The notes beneath the pieces were generated by a model. The model was given only the letters and a program-made list of their open reading frames with translations. It did no database searches and was not told where the DNA came from. Below are positions 58,467 to 64,000 of a DNA stretch of 64,000 nucleotides, piece after piece; the stretch's first letter is position 1; the number at the start of each line of letters is the position of its first letter. A program made the translations under genes and the position numbers. The DNA is from an uncultured Prevotellaceae bacterium. Its GTDB lineage: Bacteria; Bacteroidota; Bacteroidia; Bacteroidales; Bacteroidaceae. The stretch spans positions 44,246 to 108,245 of the forward strand of contig CAMVLT010000008.1 in assembly GCA_947168395.1 (NCBI GenBank), in the 5' to 3' direction.

Positions 58467-58494
58467 ACTCTTTTCGTTTTTAGGTTTCTGGGGG

Positions 58495-58577
58495 CAAAGG
58501 TACGCTTTTTTCCTCTTACTGCCTCGTTTTTCACTTCACAAACACTTCACAACGGCTTCACAACAGCTTCACAAACC
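58495..58577 (-). promoter_or_regulatory. -7 box plus four 11-bp direct repeats CTTCACAAnnn
   Basis: TACCTTTG at 58495-58502 (minus); repeats start at 58534, 58545, 58556 and 58567. Confidence 0.7.
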
Positions 58578-58578
58578 C

Positions 58579-59886
58579 TTATTCCTGCGGGAAAAGGCGC
58601 AAAAACTGGTTCATATCGTCGGCCGAGCCTTCCTTGGCAAAGATTTTCTGGTAGAGCCGCTTCCGCAGGTTCGTAATCGCCTGCTGCGTCTTGCACAGGA
58701 TGTTGGATATCTGCTGGTTGGTGAATTCCAGTTTCAGCAGCTGGCAGGCCTGCATCTCCTGCGGTTTGATGGCAGGATAGAAAGCTGTCAGCTTGTCGAC
58801 GAACCCGTCGGCCTGACCGTTTAGGAACTGCACAATCTCCTCCCACTGCTCCGCACTGACCGATTCGTCCATCAGTATCTTCCGATACAGGGTGGTATTG
58901 CGGAACGTCTCGACCAACTGCTCCTGACTATTACGGGCACGGCTCACCCGGGCCTGCCGTTCCTCCTCCTGCTGACGTTTCAGGCGGGCTATGCGTTCAC
59001 GGACGAAGATGACGAGGACGGCTATCAGCAGTATGGCCACGACGGTAATCACGGCTATGATACGCCACAGGTGGTAGTTCTCGCGCTCCACCTCCAACTG
59101 ATTGGTCAACGAACCTATGAGGTTGGCATTCTCGTTCTGCATCTGCAACTTGGCTGAGTCCACTAAGGCCGCACACTCCAAGGCGTAGCTGTAGGCGCGT
59201 TCCCAGTCGGCTTCGTCGCCGGCCAGTTCACTCAGGTACATGGCTGCCGAGGCACGGCTGCCCACATGGTCGGTCTCCAAGCAGCGACGGAAGAAATACT
59301 TCGCCGAGTCCAACTGTTCCTGCTCGGCATAGAACTTGCCTGCCACCAAGCACGAAGGTCCCGATTTGTGGTCGACGGGCAGCCGTCTCACCAACTGGCG
59401 GGCTTCTGCTACCCTGCCCTCACTTAACAGCAGGGAAATGTATTCTGGATAGACGTAGTTCCTCAAGGTGTCGGCTCCGGCTACTGTCAGCAGACTGTCG
59501 GCCTTGGCAAAACAGCGCAAGGCCTCGGCCGCCTGCTTCTCGGCACGCCGACAGCGCCCCATGTCGCGCTGCGCCAGTACCATCAGGGGCAGGTCATCAG
59601 CCTGCACCGCCATCTGCCATGCCCGCTCGAAATAGTCGTGCGCCTGGACGAGATCGCGCTGGTTCATCGAGAGGTGGCCCAGTTCGCTGACGGCCTTTGT
59701 CACCCATTCCGCGTCGTCGTCGGCTTCCACAGCCAACAGGTATTCACGCATGGCTTCCGCCGAACGGCTCTGTCCGGCCAGCAAACGTCCCTGCTGATAA
59801 TGGGTTTCCGAGGTGCCACCCGGTGAACAGGCTGCCAACAGCAGCACACCTATTATACTATATAGCCAGTTACTTGTCGTACGCAT
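58579..59886 (-). CDS. TPR-containing membrane sensor with C-terminal LuxR-like HTH
   Basis: LAAC lipobox-like signal, TPR-like helices, transmembrane segment IIAVITVVAILLIAVLVIFV, then EMQACQLLKLEFTNQQISNILCKTQQAITNLRKRLYQK. Confidence 0.78.
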   Translation of the reverse strand: MRTTSNWLYSIIGVLLLAACSPGGTSETHYQQGRLLAGQSRSAEAMREYLLAVEADDDAEWVTKAVSELGHLSMNQRDLVQAHDYFERAWQMAVQADDLPLMVLAQRDMGRCRRAEKQAAEALRCFAKADSLLTVAGADTLRNYVYPEYISLLLSEGRVAEARQLVRRLPVDHKSGPSCLVAGKFYAEQEQLDSAKYFFRRCLETDHVGSRASAAMYLSELAGDEADWERAYSYALECAALVDSAKLQMQNENANLIGSLTNQLEVERENYHLWRIIAVITVVAILLIAVLVIFVRERIARLKRQQEEERQARVSRARNSQEQLVETFRNTTLYRKILMDESVSAEQWEEIVQFLNGQADGFVDKLTAFYPAIKPQEMQACQLLKLEFTNQQISNILCKTQQAITNLRKRLYQKIFAKEGSADDMNQFLRLFPQE

Positions 59887-61456
59887 GCACGGGATAATCT
59901 ATCGTGAAGTGCAGGCCACGGCACTCCTTGCGCTCCAGTGCCCAGCGGGTAATCAGGTAGCCGACGTTTATCATGTTTCGCAGTTCGCAGATGTCGCGGC
60001 TGGCCTTCACACGCTTGAAGAGCCGCTCGGTCTCCTCGTAGAGCATGTCGAGGCGGTCCCAGGCACGGTGCAGGCGCAGGTCGCTGCGGACGATGCCCAC
60101 GTAGTTGGCCATAATCTGGTTCACCTCCTTCACACTCTGCGTAATCAGCACCTTCTCCTCGTTGGTCATGGTGCCCTCGTCGTTCCATTCGGGCACCCGC
60201 TCGTTGAAGTCGTACAGGTCGACGTGCTCCAGCGAGTCGCGTGCAGCAGCATCGGCATAGACCACAGCCTCAATCAGCGAGTTCGAGGCCAGTCGGTTGC
60301 CGCCGTGCAGCCCCGTACACGAGCACTCTCCGAGGGCGTACAGACGCTCTATCGAGGTCTGTCCGTTCAGGTCCACCTTGATGCCTCCGCACATATAGTG
60401 GGCGGCAGGCCTTACGGGGATGTAGTCCTGGGTGATGTCGATACCCATAGAGAGGCACTTCTGGTAGATGTTGGGGAAGTGGTGGCGCGTCTCGTCGGCA
60501 TTCTTGTGGGTGACGTCCAAGCAGACGTGGTCCAGACCGTGAATCTTCATCTCCTTGTCGATGGCGCGGGCCACAATGTCGCGGGGAGCCAGCGAGAGCC
60601 GTTCGTCGTACTTCTCCATGAAGGTCTCGCCGTTGGGCAGTTTCAGTACACCGCCATAACCGCGCATGGCCTCCGTAATGAGGTAGGCGGGATGGGTCTC
60701 CTTGGGGTTATGCAGCACCGTAGGGTGGAACTGCACAAACTCCATATCGGCCACCGTGCCCTTGGCACGATAGACCATAGCTATGCCGTCGCCAGTGGCG
60801 ATGACGGGATTCGAGGTGGTCAGGTAGACGGCTCCACAACCGCCAGTACACATGACGGTGACTTTCGACAGGTAGGTGTCAACCTTCTCCGTATCGGGAT
60901 TCAGCACGTAGGCACCGTAGCACTGTATATGCGGCGACCGTCTCGTCACTCGCACACCGAGGTGGTGCTGGGTGATGATTTCCACGGCAAAGTGGTTCTC
61001 CTTCACGGTGATGTCGGGATTGCGGCGTACCGCTTCCATCAGGCCGCGCTGTATCTCGGCTCCCGTGTCGTCGGCATGGTGCAGGATGCGGAACTCCGAG
61101 TGGCCGCCCTCGCGGTGCAGGTCGAATTGGCCGTCCTCCTTGCGGTCGAAGTTGACCCCCCACTCTACCAGTTCCTTAATCTGCGCAGGGGCGTTGCGCA
61201 CCACCTGCTCCACGGCTGCACGGTCGCTGATGTAGTCGCCCGCTATCATCGTGTCGTTGATGTGCTTCTGGAAGTTGTCAACAGCCAAGTTGGTAACACT
61301 GGCCACGCCGCCTTGGGCAAACGACGTGTTGGCCTCGTCAAGCGAAGTCTTGCAAATCATACACACCTTGCCCTTCTTGGCGCGGGCAATCTTCAACGCG
61401 TAACTCATACCGGCCACTCCGGCGCCGATGATGAGGAAATCATACTTGTAAACCAT
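59870..61456 (-). CDS. nadB: L-aspartate oxidase
   Basis: IIGAGVAG, AQGGVA, REGGHS, MEFVQFHPT, LITEAMRG, LAPRDIVARAI, GLHGGNRLASNSLIEA. Confidence 0.96.
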   Translation of the reverse strand: MVYKYDFLIIGAGVAGMSYALKIARAKKGKVCMICKTSLDEANTSFAQGGVASVTNLAVDNFQKHINDTMIAGDYISDRAAVEQVVRNAPAQIKELVEWGVNFDRKEDGQFDLHREGGHSEFRILHHADDTGAEIQRGLMEAVRRNPDITVKENHFAVEIITQHHLGVRVTRRSPHIQCYGAYVLNPDTEKVDTYLSKVTVMCTGGCGAVYLTTSNPVIATGDGIAMVYRAKGTVADMEFVQFHPTVLHNPKETHPAYLITEAMRGYGGVLKLPNGETFMEKYDERLSLAPRDIVARAIDKEMKIHGLDHVCLDVTHKNADETRHHFPNIYQKCLSMGIDITQDYIPVRPAAHYMCGGIKVDLNGQTSIERLYALGECSCTGLHGGNRLASNSLIEAVVYADAAARDSLEHVDLYDFNERVPEWNDEGTMTNEEKVLITQSVKEVNQIMANYVGIVRSDLRLHRAWDRLDMLYEETERLFKRVKASRDICELRNMINVGYLITRWALERKECRGLHFTIDYPVHAYDK

Positions 61457-61476
61457 AATTTTCTGTTTTTACGGTG

Positions 61477-61503
61477 CAAAGATAATAATTTTTCGTATCT
61501 TTG
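61477..61503. promoter_or_regulatory. Back-to-back -7 boxes for nadB and dacB
   Basis: TATCTTTG on minus (61477-61484) and on plus (61496-61503). Confidence 0.65.
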
Positions 61504-61511
61504 CAGTCGAA

Positions 61512-62696
61512 ATGAAGAAAAATCTGCTCTTAATACTATCATTCTGTCTGTGTATCACCTCTGTGGCACAGACTGAAGACGTGGCCGCCGACTCGCTGCC
61601 GTGGCCACAAGACCTCAGGGTCAAGGTGGACTCCGCACTGATGACGCCCCTGCTACAGACCTCGCAGCTGGGGCTGATGATCTATGACCTGACGGCCGAC
61701 TCCGTGCTTTACACCAGCGGCCACCGCCAGACGCTGCGCCCGGCATCGACCATGAAACTGGTGACGGCCGTCACGGCCCTCGACCAGCTGCCTGCCGACT
61801 ACCAGCTGAAGACGTCGCTCTACTATACAGGCTCCATCAGGGGCGGCACGCTCTATGGGAATCTTTGCTGCGTAGGCGGCATGGACCCTATGTTCGGCAT
61901 GGCCGACCTGAACTATTTCGTCAACCAGGTGCGGCACCAGGGCATCGACACCATCCGCGGACGACTGCTGCCTGACCTCACGTTCAAGGACAACGACCTG
62001 CTCGGCGAGGGCTGGTGCTGGGACGACGACAATCCCATACTGACGCCGCTGCTCTTCGACGGCAAGGACGACTTCATGGAACGCTTCGAGTGCGAGCTCA
62101 AGCGCGACGGCGTGGTCATCTTCAACACCGATGCGCCACGGTCACGCAGTTCGAAGTTCATCTGTGCCAGGGGGCATACGGTGGACGACGTGCTGCAGCA
62201 GATGATGAAGGACAGCGACAACCTCTACGCCGAATCGCTGTTCTACCAGCTTGCCGCCAACGACGGCACACGTCCCGCCAAGGCCAAGCAGTCGGCCAAC
62301 GTCGTGAAGCGCATGATCCAGAAGGTGGCCCTGCGGCCGGGCGACTACCGTATAGCCGACGGCTCCGGGCTGTCGCTCTACAACTACGTGTCGGCCGAGC
62401 TTGAAACGCGACTCCTGCGCTACATCTGGAAGCGTCCGAAGCTGTTTGAGCGGCTCTACGACTCGCTGCCCATTGCCGCCGTCGACGGGACACTCAAGAA
62501 GCGCATGCTGAATGGCTATGCCGCAGGCAACGTGCATGCCAAGACGGGGTCGGTGTCGGGCATCTCCAGCCTGGCAGGATACTGCACGGCAGCCAACGGC
62601 CACGAGATCTGCTTCTCGATCATCAATCAGGGCATCATGCACATGGCCGACGGCCGTGACCTGCAAGACCAACTATGCGAAATCATGTGTAAATAA
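61512..62696 (+). CDS. dacB: D-Ala-D-Ala carboxypeptidase/endopeptidase PBP4 (peptidase S13)
   Basis: PASTMK (SxxK), SDN, DGSGLS, AKTG. Confidence 0.92.
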   Translation: MKKNLLLILSFCLCITSVAQTEDVAADSLPWPQDLRVKVDSALMTPLLQTSQLGLMIYDLTADSVLYTSGHRQTLRPASTMKLVTAVTALDQLPADYQLKTSLYYTGSIRGGTLYGNLCCVGGMDPMFGMADLNYFVNQVRHQGIDTIRGRLLPDLTFKDNDLLGEGWCWDDDNPILTPLLFDGKDDFMERFECELKRDGVVIFNTDAPRSRSSKFICARGHTVDDVLQQMMKDSDNLYAESLFYQLAANDGTRPAKAKQSANVVKRMIQKVALRPGDYRIADGSGLSLYNYVSAELETRLLRYIWKRPKLFERLYDSLPIAAVDGTLKKRMLNGYAAGNVHAKTGSVSGISSLAGYCTAANGHEICFSIINQGIMHMADGRDLQDQLCEIMCK

Positions 62697-62704
62697 CGCT
62701 ATAT

Positions 62705-63955
62705 ATGGAACAGACGAAGAATACAAGGACGCAGGAACAGATTCTCGTCCGCATCACCGGACAGGACCGCCCGGGACTCACGGCCTCAGTCATGGGCATA
62801 CTCGCCAAGTACGATGCACAGATTCTCGACATAGGCCAGGCCGACATCCACTCCACACTGTCGCTCGGCATTCTCATCCGCATGGACGAGGCCAACAGCG
62901 GACAGGTCATGAAGGAACTGCTCTTCAAGGCCACCGAGCTGGGCGTGAACATCGGCTTCTCGCCCATCAGCGACGATGAGTACGAAGACTGGGTGGGCCA
63001 TCAGGGCAAGAACCGCTATATACTGATGGTCATGGGGCGCGTGCTGGAAGCCCGCCAGATAGAGGCTGCCACCCGCGTCATTGCCGACCAGGGATTCAAC
63101 ATCGACGCCATCCGCCGCATGACGGGACGCAAGAGCATCAAGAATCCGGGCAAGCACATCCGGGCCTGCATCGAACTGTCGCTGCGTGGCGAACCGGCCG
63201 ACCGTCAGGAGATGCAGCGTCAGCTGATGAAGCTCTCGGCGGAGATGGAAATCGACTTCTCGTTCCAGCGCGACGATATGTTCCGCCGCATGCGCCGCCT
63301 CATCTGCTTCGACATGGACTCGACGCTCATCCAGACGGAGTGCATCGACGAGCTGGCCGAGCGCAACGGCGTAGGTGACCAGGTGCGGGCCATCACCGAG
63401 AGTGCCATGCGTGGCGAGATTGACTTCAAGGAGAGCTTTACGCGGCGCGTGTCGCTGCTGAAGGGACTCGATGTCAGCGTCATGCAGGACATTGCCGAGC
63501 ACCTGCCCATCACCGAGGGCGTCGACCGTCTGATGACCATCCTCAAGCGTTGCGGCTACAAGATTGCCATCCTCAGCGGCGGATTCACCTACTTCGGTGA
63601 ATATCTGCAGCGCCGCTACGGCATCGACTACGTCTATGCCAACGAACTGGAGATTGATGACAACGGCAAACTGACGGGCCGCTACGTCGGCGAAATAGTC
63701 GACGGCCACCGCAAGGCAGAACTGCTGAAGCTCATAGCACAGGTAGAGAAGGTGAACCTGGCACAGACCATCGCCGTCGGCGACGGGGCCAACGACCTGC
63801 CTATGATTAGCGAAGCCGGCCTCGGCATAGCCTTCCACGCCAAGCCCCGTGTCGTGGCCAATGCCAAGCAGAGCATCAACACCATCGGCCTCGACGGCGT
63901 GCTCTATTTCTTAGGTTTCAAGGACAGCTACCTCGGCGACCAAGGGAAACTATAA
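62705..63955 (+). CDS. serB: Phosphoserine phosphatase with ACT domains
   Basis: ITGQDRPGL, CFDMDSTLI, ILSGGF, AVGDGANDL. Confidence 0.96.
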   Translation: MEQTKNTRTQEQILVRITGQDRPGLTASVMGILAKYDAQILDIGQADIHSTLSLGILIRMDEANSGQVMKELLFKATELGVNIGFSPISDDEYEDWVGHQGKNRYILMVMGRVLEARQIEAATRVIADQGFNIDAIRRMTGRKSIKNPGKHIRACIELSLRGEPADRQEMQRQLMKLSAEMEIDFSFQRDDMFRRMRRLICFDMDSTLIQTECIDELAERNGVGDQVRAITESAMRGEIDFKESFTRRVSLLKGLDVSVMQDIAEHLPITEGVDRLMTILKRCGYKIAILSGGFTYFGEYLQRRYGIDYVYANELEIDDNGKLTGRYVGEIVDGHRKAELLKLIAQVEKVNLAQTIAVGDGANDLPMISEAGLGIAFHAKPRVVANAKQSINTIGLDGVLYFLGFKDSYLGDQGKL

Positions 63956-64000
63956 GTCCAATTAGCCCCATGCCCCTCTTCACCACCACCCTCCTGCAAT

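Noticed and set aside
1-64000. tRNA, rRNA, riboswitch (e.g. preQ1 upstream of queF), transposase or integrase
   Set aside because: None was recognisable by eye. queF has only a 9-nt upstream gap, leaving no room for a riboswitch. A covariance-model search was not possible.

Overview
This is a Bacteroidota chromosome segment, most consistent with Prevotella or a relative. The evidence is TAnnTTTG -7 promoter boxes, a SusC/SusD pair and GC3-rich core genes. Bases 1-35.1 kb form a large xylan/hemicellulose utilisation locus: GH97 x2, GH115, GH43 x4, GH31, GH3 Xyl3A, GH9, GH30 and SusC/SusD. It is interrupted by an AAA-PD-(D/E)XK gene and by an AT-rich island at about 25.4-28.8 kb. Bases 35-50 kb are mostly housekeeping (aroB, coaE, yajC, nusB, rplY, pth, hslR, queF, upp, an oxaloacetate-decarboxylase-like gene). 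A second AT-rich island at about 50.2-53.6 kb holds toxin-antitoxin genes and gene fragments. It is followed by an uncharacterised secreted-protein operon with a TPR-HTH regulator, then nadB, dacB and serB. Four observations stand out. (i) The same composite non-coding element (a ~255-bp CTCCTAACC-array palindrome plus 22-bp-period repeat blocks) anchors both AT-rich islands; in one island it brackets an intact ABC-ATPase plus PD-(D/E)XK-like nuclease pair, a candidate defence system. (ii) The SusC TonB-dependent transporter has a C-terminal OmpA-like peptidoglycan-binding domain. (iii) REP-like palindromes and heptamer microrepeats are inserted in frame inside several proteins. (iv) CoaE and a DUF5606 protein are joined by in-frame read-through. 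No rRNA, tRNA, CRISPR array or intact transposase/integrase was recognised. All family calls are by eye from motifs; no database search was run.
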